Source: Okamejei kenojei (lineage: Eukaryota). From it: a stretch of DNA of 64,000 nucleotides. The DNA is taken from positions 21,576,001-21,640,000 of the forward strand of contig CM069162.1 in NCBI GenBank assembly GCA_035221665.1, given 5' to 3'. Each line of letters starts with the position of its first letter. Position 1 is the stretch's first letter. Under the pieces are notes generated by a model, which did not search any database, was not told the DNA's origin, and saw nothing but the letters and a program-made list of their open reading frames with translations. Made by a program: the position numbers and the translations under genes. Below, one piece after another: positions 40,040 through 50,634 of the stretch.

Positions 40040-40350
40040 CTGTTCACACAGTTGCAACACAAAGATCTGGATCTTTGGATCCATACTTAACTCCCAGCTA
40101 AGCTTGAAGCCCCACCTTTGCAACATCATCTGCCCCATCTTATCTGAAACCCTAAATAGGAACAACATCATCTCAATATCTACAGCGGTCCTTCAGTACC
40201 AGCAACAAACCCTGAATGTCAGGCTATACCTCCCCTGTTTACCTGCTCCCTGTGGTTCACCCTCCTCCTTCCACCTCCCTGGTCCTCTCCATATTCCATT
40301 GGCATCACACTCTTCCATTGGTTTCAGATCCTTCCATGGGCTAGCTCCAT
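40040..40350 (+). mobile_element. Old L2 LINE fragment
   Basis: Degenerate GSILNSQLSLKPHL and FHW...FRSFHGLAP motifs. Confidence 0.5.
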
Positions 40351-41333
40351 CCCACGTATCTAAGAACACGGTCCAGTCGAGATAAGTAACATTCAGAAGC
40401 AGGATGAGATTGTAGAGGAGGCCATGACTGTAGCTTCTGCAGGTGGAGTGAGTTGGGGATGGGTGGGAAGAGCCCCAGAGGAGCAGGACCACCACCATAA
40501 TTACCACCACAAACCACCTCTACCATCCCTTCTCCCATGGTTGCGTCTCTGGAGCACTAGTGTGATGTAAAGGCAAGTTGCGATTTAGCCAGGATGTACT
40601 GTTTACAAAGTTGAAAGACCATAACAGAACTTGCTAAGCCACGTAGTTTCAATGTACCCAGTAAAACAGTGCACAGAAAGGTAACACAAATGTGTCGACT
40701 ATTCATTTGCCCATTGTCAACAGCAATATTCTTTTTTTCTGAGCACTCTTCACTTTGTCAAAACGGAATCCAGGCAGCATGCGACTTACTTATGTTGGAT
40801 TTATGCATTTTTTAAATAAATGTTTAATTAATGCCAAAGCATATGTTTGAAATAACATGCTCAATTTTACACTTGTTTAAATGTATATGTTTAATTTGTG
40901 CATTTGTGAATTTTGTGCTGCCTTTCAGGAATGTAACAGTACATACACAAGGAAGTAGTTGGGAAAAACTGGATCTATGATCTCCACAGCCGGGAACAGA
41001 TCTTGGCGCCACGTATATATATATATATAATACACCATGCCTCACGATGAGGCTTTCATGCAAGTTGCATGTCTGCATTGCCTCACAATAAGAGTAACTT
41101 CATCAAAACCCCACTTGTACAGAAACTGGAATCTGGCTGTGTATGTTTCCCCTCAAGCTTATACTGACCTGTCACATGCCAGCGCAAACCTGGGTGACCA
41201 ACAAAGAGAGATCATGTGGGCTGCCATTTGGGCAACCAGTCAAGGCCTGACAGGGACACTGGGACAATTCGGTGATATCTCTCTCCCGTCACGTTGCTGC
41301 TGAAACCAGCAGAAACAATTATGAATAGCATGA

Positions 41334-41565
41334 CGATAGACACAAAAAACTGGAGTAGCTCAACGGACCAGGCAGCATCCATGGAGAAAAGGAATAGGTG
41401 ACGTTTCGTGTTGAGACCCTTCTTTAGATTGAAGACAGAAGAAAGGTCTCGACCCGAAACATCACCTATTCCTTTACTCCATAGATGTTGCCTAAACCGC
41501 TGAGGTACTCCAGCTTTTTGTGTCTATCTTTGGCGGAAACCAGCTTCTGCAGATCCTTCCTATAC
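41334..41565. mobile_element. Palindromic Penelope-derived element
   Basis: Inverted arms with two degenerate hammerhead-like cores; imperfect 13-bp TSD ATGAATA(GCA/CCG)TGA at 41321 and 41566. Confidence 0.7.
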
Positions 41566-41824
41566 ATGAATACCGTGAAGCTCCTTTGAGTGGAAGCAAT
41601 AAACTGCTTATATGTTGACAACACAGCGTGGAGACTGACTAACACAGTGTGAGAGCAGAGTGCCCGATCTGCTATGCATCCGGGATTTGACTTTCCTCAG
41701 TCAGTCTCATATGAAAGCCCAAAGGCACATGGTCTGGCTTGTCCCATACTATTTCCAAATAAACACTGAGATGTAGCTCATAATTGCCACAATTCACTGT
41801 GATGTGATGCAAGGCTATTTTAGG

Positions 41825-42144
41825 TTAGATTAGTTTAGAGATACAGCGCAGAAACAGGCCCTTCGGCCCACCAAGTCCGCACCGACCAGCGATCCCCGCA
41901 CATAAACACTATCCTACACACACTAGGGATAATTTACACATAATTTACCAAGCCAATTAACCTAAAACCTGTACGTTTTTGGAGTGTGGGAGGAAACCGG
42001 AGATCTTGGAGAAAACCCATGCAGGTCATGGGGAGAATGTATAAACTCCTTACAAACAGCACCCGTAGTCGGGATCGAACCCGGGTCTCTGGCGCTACAA
42101 GCGCTGTAAGGTGGGAACTCTACTGCTGTGCCACCCTGCCGCCC
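41825..42144 (-). mobile_element. V-SINE
   Basis: Same SINE on the minus strand. Confidence 0.85.
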
Positions 42145-43422
42145 TATGCATTGGTCACAGAAGATAACTTTGCGATTTTTAAGTCAATCTAGTGAGAGTC
42201 AAAACAGCTCAGTGACTGAACAATAAAGGTTTTCTCAATTAAATTCTCAGAGTCTTTCAATGGCTTAATCAGTGTCACATGTATTGACCCAGAAGGGCTG
42301 TAGAAAATCTGATTTGGCAATAACCCCGGGAGCTGCTTCCCTAACTCCACTTTAAAAGATTAAGATAAATGGGGCCGAACATTCTAGACAAATCCAATCA
42401 AATACTAGACTATCTTCCAAATTACCTGAGTGACAACCGTGCATGTAATAGACGCTTGCTGAAATAGCAGTTGTGGAATCAGTTTATAAAACCTGGATTA
42501 TGCAAAGAACATTTAACCAGCTCATTGCCTATGTAACTATCATAACATTTAAAAGGTATTTGTACGCATACGTGGAAAGGAGATTTGCTGAGGAATTGAC
42601 AGCATGTGCAGTACAAGGAGGACTGTAAGGAGTGGGTTATGTGCCACCCCAACTGTGATGGTTAGATACATATTCTTAAGAAAACGTGTGACAACGTGCA
42701 CTTATATAACGAGATTTTTAATGTCTCAAAGCTCATTCCATCCAATGAGACATTTCTGAGGTGTATTTGCTCTGCACAATCTATGCTATACCATAGATAA
42801 AGAGCACATAGCAAGCTCCTAAAATAGTAACATGATCATCACTAGATAGTTTGAGGTAGAAATTTGTTCTTGGTCACAAGCTGTCAAGCACTGATATGGG
42901 AGCGTTCACACATCCTACCTGCTTCCAAAGTTCATGTCCACTGATTTCAGTGGAATCAAGTTTAGAAATCAGAATACTGGTTTATCATATCATATCAGGT
43001 ACTGGTTGAGGGCAACAAGGACAAATTATGTTTTAAAGGCCTGACTAATAAGTATTCACTGGGGAAGCTGGAGAGAACTGTTATCAGGCAATTGAATCAT
43101 CCTACCACAACCATAGAGCAGTGCTGAACTACTATCAACCTCTTTGATGACCCTCGGGCTATCCTTGAGCAGACTTTGCTGGCATTACCTTGCACTAAAC
43201 GTTATTCCCTTATCATGCATCTGTGCACTGTAAATGGATCGATTGTAATCATGTATTTTACTTCGGAGTCACGTGAGTGACTCTGTGAAGACCCCGCCAG
43301 CACGCATGCGCGACATATCGTCTCGCGCATTAGCCTCGACAAGCTGGGGGGGGGAGAGTGCGCTCTCTCCACCTGCTCCTTCAAAAGGCCGTCAGGTAAG
43401 TTACTAACCTTATTCCAACAGG

Positions 43423-45247
43423 ATGGACAAAGGTAAAAGGAAGGCAACGCTATCCAGGAGCCGTGGGGCATCGACTAGCCAGCGGCCTTTGTCACCGGAG
43501 CTGCAAGCACCACCGGCAGCTTCGGGACGGTCGGGGGCAAGAATGCGGAAGTCGGGCGCTCCCGTTAGACCAGCGCCCGACTCATCACCTGAATGGTTCA
43601 CCGCACCGGAGCTGGAGCCTGCTGACCCAGACTTCGTGCCCCCATCCCCCAGGAAGAGGGGGAGCAAACAGGTACGTGGAAAGGAGCCTCGCTCGTCGCC
43701 AGCGACCTCACCCCGAGTTCCAGCAGACCCACGGGGACCGGACCGGGGACCGGGCCGGGGAACGGCTGCGCTACAGGGGAGCCCAGCAGCCGCACTCTGC
43801 CACGTACAACTGCCAGGGATATCTGCCGTAGGGCAGTCTGGCAGAACTACTGCTGCGTCGAGCAGCCCTGCAGGAGCAGGTGCTGCCGGCACAACACCTC
43901 GTCAGGCTGCGGTCAAGGGCGTTGTTGGCAGCAGTAGACGGTCGGTCAACTTGGCTCTGGCAGCTGCCGACCATGCGCCTCCATGCAGAACATTGGGCGA
44001 CAGTGGAGGTAAGTCTGCACGGACTACGGGGAGCCAGGTTCCGGGGGCCGACGTCGATCCAACTCACCTGCCTTCGTACCAGACAGGTGGGCCGCCACAG
44101 TCTGCGAGGAGACAGACTAGCGGAGAGTCCGTGCGGGAGTCGTATGAGCCTACAGGGGCGGTAGGCCACGACGACCTGCCATCGGACCCTAGTCAGCACC
44201 TTACGGAGGTGTGGTCCGATGGTGGAAGCCCCAGTGAATTCGCAGGGCCTGGGGAAGTCGGCTTGTCCACTGCAAATAGCAGGGACGGTCGCATTGAGCG
44301 GTTGGAGCTCTTAGTGGAGCAACTCCTCCAGCGGGACAGGGACCGGGATGAACGGGACTCGCAGGCCTCTACAAGCCACGCCAGGAGTCCACTCAGCCTC
44401 TCGTCTTCACCAGCCAGGAGTGCCAGCAGTTGCCCGGCCGCTGTTTTCGAAGACGACCCGGGACTGCCGGAGACCGCAGAGCCAGAGCACGATGAGGACA
44501 TGCTGGACGTGGTGGGCAAGTTTGCCACGGCCACACAAACTGGGGAACCCCTGCACCACAAACTGGCGGGCACCATTAATTACCTGATCACTCACCAACT
44601 TCAGGGTCAGGTACTTATTGAGACAATGGAGAAAATCAAACCACCTGAGAACTGCATCAACCTCAGTGTTCCCATGGTCAATGCTCAGATCTGGGGACAT
44701 TTGAGCACGGCCAACAAGATGCAGGATGTCCGTCTCCAGCGTATCCTGAAGCTCCTCTCCACGGGCATAACAGCGTGTGCCAGGACCCTCGATGGGGACA
44801 ATGTGTCCAGCGAGCAGCAGGATGCCCTGGCACTCTTATGTAACGCCCAGTTCGAAATAAACTGCCTGCGCAAGAGCTCCATTAAGCCCACTCTCAACCC
44901 CAAATTTGCGGGGTTGTGCCGTCCATCTACCGCTCCACCACCTCATCAACTGTTTGGAACAGATCTTTCCAAACAAGTGAAGGAACTAGATGAGAAGGCC
45001 AAAACAGCGGGCCTTATGAAACCTCCTCCGACAAAACCCCACCCATATCACCGTCAACAACCACACACTACTTGGAAGCAGCGCCAGCCGGATAGGACGC
45101 CAAGGACCTATCCCCCTCCACTTCCCCAACCACAGCGGCCTTTTTTAAGGGCAAGGCCTACAGCGGCCCGCATGGAAGATGCGGCCGCCATCCCGACAAC
45201 CTCCGCAACGTCCACCCAAAACGCCATACGCCAGGACCCACCGTTAA
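43423..45247 (+). CDS. DIRS gag-like ORF1 (LAP2alpha-like domain), fused in frame to pol in this copy
   Basis: Low-complexity N-terminus, coiled coil RIERLELLVEQLLQR, core PPENCINLSVPMVNAQIW...DVRLQRI...LFGTDL; inferred native stop TAA 45245-45247 in the +1 frame. Confidence 0.8.
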
Positions 45248-47137
45248 CCATGGAGGTAAGGGGATCTGGTTCCTCTCAGACAGTAGCATCCCTTCCTGCA
45301 CAAATTGGGGGACGATTGCGGGCCTTTCGGGGAGTTTGGGACACTATCACCACTGATGTATTTATTTTACAAAGTGTTCAAGGTTATGTTATAGAATTCA
45401 TTGATGGTCAATTTCCCCCTACCCAGCATTCGCCTCATCGAAAATTTACACTCTCTCAAAATGAGGTTGAGGCAGGACATGCCAAAATCTTACGGCTCGC
45501 AGCAAAAGGGGTGATTGGGAAATCAACGCATGAACCCCTTGAGTTTGTGTCCAACATCTTCACCAAAACTAAAAAAGATGGGGGGTGTCGAATTATTATA
45601 GACCTAACTGAGCTGAACACTTTTGTACAATATGCCCACTTTAAAATGGATACCTTTGAAACAGCCCATGGCTTTTACCCGGGGTACTTTATGGCCTGCA
45701 TCGATTTAAAAGATGCATACTATACAGTGCCCATCACTGAATCGCACAGAAAGTTTCTGAAATTTGTCTGGAAGGAACAGTTGTGGGAATACAAAGCATT
45801 GCCCAATGGTCTCACCACAGCCCCCAGACTATTTACCAAATTAGTGAAACCTATATTTGCCCTCCTCCGACAACAAAATTACATTGTCATGGCATATTTA
45901 GATGATATCCTTATTGTGGGTCAGACCCTCCAATTGGCTATACGGGCAGTTACAGCGACTAAATCTTTATTCGAGAAGCTAGGATTGGTAATCCATCCAG
46001 ACAAATCTAAACTGCACCCCTCTCCAATTATGGATTATCTGGGTTTCACCCTTGACACAACCTTAATGATGATCACTATCCCAACCAACAAAGCTATCAC
46101 TATAAAAGAAGCGTGCCACAGCCTTGCTTGCGCCAGGGTACGGACCATCCGGCAAACGGCAAAAGTAATTGGGAAGCTGGTAGCTACATTCTCAGCTGTG
46201 CAATTCAGCCCATTACATTATCAAAATTTACAAAGAACAAAGATCGCAGCATTAAAAGCAAATGCTGGGCACTTTGATCGACCAATCCGATTACCACAAG
46301 AGGCTAGAGCTGAGCTACAATGGTGGATTGACAATATTAGCGAGCGTCACAGACCCATCATAGTAAGCAACCAGACACCCGCACAAGGCTGGGGTGCAAC
46401 TGACACCATGTCCAGTTGTGGTGGCAGATGGGACTCCCATGAGTCTACCCTCCTTCAGTCACAAGGGATAAATTATATTGAGATGTTAGGAGCTTTCCAT
46501 GGACTGCGGGCTTACTGTACCAACTCACGGGACTTACATGTCCGCCTCCAAATAGATAACACAGCGGTGGTGGCTTATATCAATCATATGGGTGGTCTCA
46601 GGTCGCTATCTTGTGATGAATTGGCAAACACAATTTGGCACTGGTGCATCGAGAGAAATATTTGGGTTACAGCGAACTATTTGCCAGGGAAGCTTAATAC
46701 AGTGGCGGACACCAGGTCATGAGTATTCAATGACAACATCGAGTGGATGTTGAACCCCCAAATTTTTGCTGACATTATATCTCACTATGGGACACCAGAC
46801 ATTGACCTCTTTGCGTCCAGGTCGTACGTGTCTTGGGAACCAGACTCTGGGGAATAGCAATGGATGCGTTTTCTATCCATTGGGGGAAATGGTTTTGCTA
46901 CGCATTTCCCCCATTTTGCCTCATCAGTCGGGTATTGCAGAAAATTAAACTGGACTCCGCAACTGGGATATTGATCATTCCCGACTGGCCTACACAGCCA
47001 TGGTACCGATGGTCCTTAAAATTTTGAAACAGCCATGGCTTCCGATTGGGAAACACCCCAAATTAATTACTCACCCCATTACGGGGGACAGTCACCCGTG
47101 CCATGGTCACCTAAACTTGTTGGCCTGCAGGTTCTAA
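45172..47137 (+). pseudogene. DIRS pol: reverse transcriptase, RNase H and DNA N6-adenine methyltransferase-like domain (disrupted)
   Basis: RT motifs IDLKDAY, LPNGL, YLDD; RNase H INYIEML..., IDNT, NTVAD with the TDAS motif deleted; TGA at 46720, then DIDLFAS, YAFPPF and PDWPTQPW with frameshifts; stop 47135-47137. Confidence 0.9.
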
Positions 47138-48092
47138 AAAGACCACTCATCAAGGTGGGCATCTCACCACAAGCCTTGGAACTCATCTCAGCATCATGCC
47201 GAGTATCAACCCGGAGGCAGCACCTCACACAATCAGGAAGTGGGAGGCATTCTGCTCTCGTACCAACACGACTGCCAACATGGCAACAATCCCTGATGTC
47301 CTGGAATTCCTAGCTGGCCTTCATTTCGATGCTGGCCTTAGCTACAGTGCCATCAACAGCGCCAGGAGTGCACTATCCTCATACCTGGACATAGGTATAG
47401 GCTCCAACCACCTGGTGTCTAAATTCATGAGGGGAGTGTTTAACACCAACCCTCCACGGCCCAGATACAACTTCACCTGGGATGTAGGGATCGTTCTGAC
47501 CCTACTGAGGAGCTGGTCTCCAATGACCGAGTTACCACTCAAACAGCTCACCCTCAAAGTGGTGATGCTGATGGCACTGACTACAGCTCCATGAGTCCAG
47601 GCATTACAGAAGCTGCGGCTGGATAGCATGGTCTCCACCCCTACACAGGTGACTTTCTTTGTCCAGGACTTATTGAAGCAGCACAGGCCAAGGGCTCATG
47701 GACTGCACTTGGAGTTTCGGGCGTACCCTACTGCTGCCACCCTCTGCATAGTTACCCATCTCCACCACTACATCCGAATTACATGAACCATCAGGAAGAA
47801 GGAGCAGGGGCTCCTTATCAGCCACAAACCTCCGCATCACCGGGTGACTGTGCAGACTATCGCCAGGTGGCTCAGGGCGGTGTTGGGTGCAGCAGGAGTC
47901 GCTACTAACATTTTAAAATCTCATTCTACTAGGGCTGCATCCACATCAGCGGCGAGGGCCATGGAGGTGCCCATGGACCACATCCTCGCCACCGCGGGCT
48001 GGGCCAGTGAAGCAACCTTCCAAAGGTTCTACAATAAACCACTGGTCGCCCCCGCAACATTCGCAGAAGCTGTGCTGGGAGCCACTCAGTGA
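47131..48092 (+). pseudogene. DIRS tyrosine recombinase (disrupted)
   Basis: GISPQALELISAS.R.ST..., GLSYSAINSARSALS, HSTR, AGW, RFY; frameshift near 47230 and TGA at 47592 and 47784. Confidence 0.9.
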
Positions 48093-48262
48093 ATGTTTGT
48101 CCCCCAGTTAGGGGTTCTCTGTTCATTATTATTTGTTTAATAAATATGCATTATTTTTCAGCCAGTTTTGACTGAACTGCATTAACAGTCTTCCTCCATC
48201 AGACTGGCGGCAGTGTGATAGCATGGACATTGTCCAGGGCGTGAAATTACAGAGCTTTGAAA

Positions 48263-48376
48263 TCTTCACAAAGTCACTCACGTGACTCCGAAGTAAAATA
48301 GTAAGATTAAACTAGAACCTACCAAGTTCGAAGGTTGATCTTTATTTTATGAGGAGTTGCGGTGAGGGATTTCGTG
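48263..48376 (+). repeat. DIRS internal complementary region (ICR)
   Basis: 48263-48300 is the reverse complement of 43254-43291 (1 mismatch); 48299-48376 is the reverse complement of 48515-48592 (3 mismatches). Confidence 0.95.
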
Positions 48377-50341
48377 CCCTCCGCTCCCACCCTCTATCAT
48401 AAGGTCAACTGGGAAGTTCTACGTTCTTCATCTTACTATTTTCAGTCATGGTGCGTTCTGTGATTCCACACCGCTGCTTTGAAGGATGCCGCGCATGCGT
48501 GCTGGCGGGGTCTTCACGAAATCCCTCACCGCAACTCCTCATAAAATAAAGATCAACCTTCGAACTTGGTAAGTTCTCGTTTAATCTTGCTATTATCTTC
48601 CTGTTGTCTGGTTAGTACGCAACAAATGCTTTCCACTGAACCTCGGTAAACGTGACAATAAACTCAACTGAACTGAGAATTGGGTATTGGATTAAGGTAC
48701 CATTGTGGTAGCCAAATGGCTGCACATCTGACAGCACAGCATTCACCCAATAAAGTATTCGCTGGATTACAAACTGACAGAAGCATCTCCTGCAATTGTG
48801 CCATTTGAAAGTGTCTCTTTACCCCATCAGCAAAGTCCTAACTGGCACCTCTGAGGGTCTGAATTTGCCTGGCAATGAGCCGAGCAATGGAGTTTGTTGC
48901 AATATTAAAACAATCCATTGCTTTTACCTGTGACCCTGTGGCCCACTTTCACCTCTTGAGTCAGACCTACTCCTGTAACGTGAGCAGGTATTTCAGTAAG
49001 TGCTGATTATCCAAAGATTTTTAGCCACATTGTTAAAGCACCAGCTTTAACATTAGGACACAAGGGAGGGAACAGGACGTGGCCATCTGATGCTTCTAGC
49101 CAGTTCCATTATTCATCTCGTTCATGGATAATCTTCGACCTCAGTGTCACTTTCCTGCACTATTCTCATATCCCCAAATTCCCTTAATACCCAGGAATCG
49201 ATCAGTCTGAGCTATGAATGAATGAATGAATGAATTAATGTATCCTGTGAGTTTCCAACAGCCTTTGAGCAGAGAATTCCAAAGTTTCACCACCTTCTGG
49301 GTGAAGGAATTTCTGCCCATCTCAAAGTCTTAAGTGGCTAATGCTTTCTTCTCACACGGTGTCCGGGTTTCCTCAGTCAGTTGAAACAAAAGATTATATA
49401 GAACCTCTCATTACAAAGCCCAAACTCAAATGCTAACAGTAATACTGCTGACATTCTCGGAGATGGAGCAACATTTGAACTGCAGACAAGTTTGGATTAT
49501 CAATAGCAATCCTTGTCAATATATTTGTGTACCAACTATTATTTTTAAATATTAATTGTTTGCAATATTTCGAGTAGCTGGATTATTTAAAACTATGTAC
49601 AATGTAATAATCATTTATTTATTACATTGGTGAACATCCTGATCTATTTCTTGAGGAGTCACCAGGTTCATTTATTCATGTGTATATATATTTATATAAT
49701 TATATAATAGTATATGGACACACTGATCTGTTCTATAGTCATGCCTACTATGTACTGTTGTGCTGAAGCAAAGCAAGAATTTCATTGTCCTACCAGGGAC
49801 ACATGACAATAAACTCCCTTGAATCTTGAATCTTGAATCTTCATGACTTTAGGTTTATGGTTGTTTATGGACTACAAATACTCTGATTGGAGAACCCCCA
49901 CTATTTCATAAGTTGCCATTCCCTTCACACTCCTGAAGGTTACGATGGGATATCTGGTTTACAAAGTGTTTACCAGAACCTTAACGTACAGAAATAAAGT
50001 ACCTTTACACTTCAGAGATCTCAATCATTATAGCATCTAACATGGGAACTCAAAACTAAAAGATGATCAAGAGACTGCTGAAGCTACAAATCTGAAAACC
50101 CTGGAAAGACTCAGCAGATCCGGCAGCATCTGTAGAAATAGAAACAGGTTTAATGCTTCAGATCCAGATCTCTTAGCAGAACTAGGAAAGCGAGGATACA
50201 AGTTAATTTTTAGTGGCAGAGTGAATTAGAGGGAGGGGATGGGATGTAACGGGAGGCAAAGGAAACAAACACAATGTACACAGATAAAGAAGAATGATCT
50301 GAACCCAACTGCAATACCTAGGACTACATTAACTGATCTAA

Positions 50342-50634
50342 TTTAGTTTAGTTTAGAGATACAGTGCAGAAACAGGCTCTTCTCACCGAGTCAGCGCCGA
50401 CCAGCGAACCCTGCATGTTAATACTATCCTACACACACTGGGAACAATTTACACAAGCCAATTAACCAGCAAACCTGTATGTCTTTGGAGTGTGGGAAGA
50501 AATCGGAGATCTTGGAGAAAATCCATGCAGAAAACCCGTGCAGACAGCGCCAGTAGTTGGGATTGAACCCTGGGTCTGTGGCGCGACAAGCGCTGTAAAG
50601 CAGCAACTCTGCTGCTGCGCCACCATGCCGCCCT
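50342..50634 (-). mobile_element. V-SINE
   Basis: Same SINE on the minus strand. Confidence 0.8.

Larger units (their letters stand above)
43254..48594 (+). mobile_element. DIRS1-type tyrosine-recombinase retrotransposon, full length but inactivated
   Basis: gag, RT/RNaseH/MT and YR modules; perfect 28-bp ITR 43285-43312 / 48490-48517; ICR 48263-48376 complementary to both termini; no conventional TSD. Confidence 0.95.
43078..48675 (+). mobile_element. Rex1-type LINE tail split by the DIRS insertion (43078-43253 and 48595-48675)
   Basis: The two halves rejoin into the tail seen uninterrupted at about 6945-7205. Confidence 0.8.

Noticed and set aside
43396-43421. 26-nt micro-intron
   Set aside because: Too short for the vertebrate spliceosome, and donor and branch point abut; treated as separate sites instead.
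43423-46722. 1099-aa ORF as a functional or domesticated host gene
   Set aside because: It is DIRS gag plus pol inside intact element termini; RNase H has lost its TDAS catalytic motif, and the fusion may result from a 1-nt insertion.
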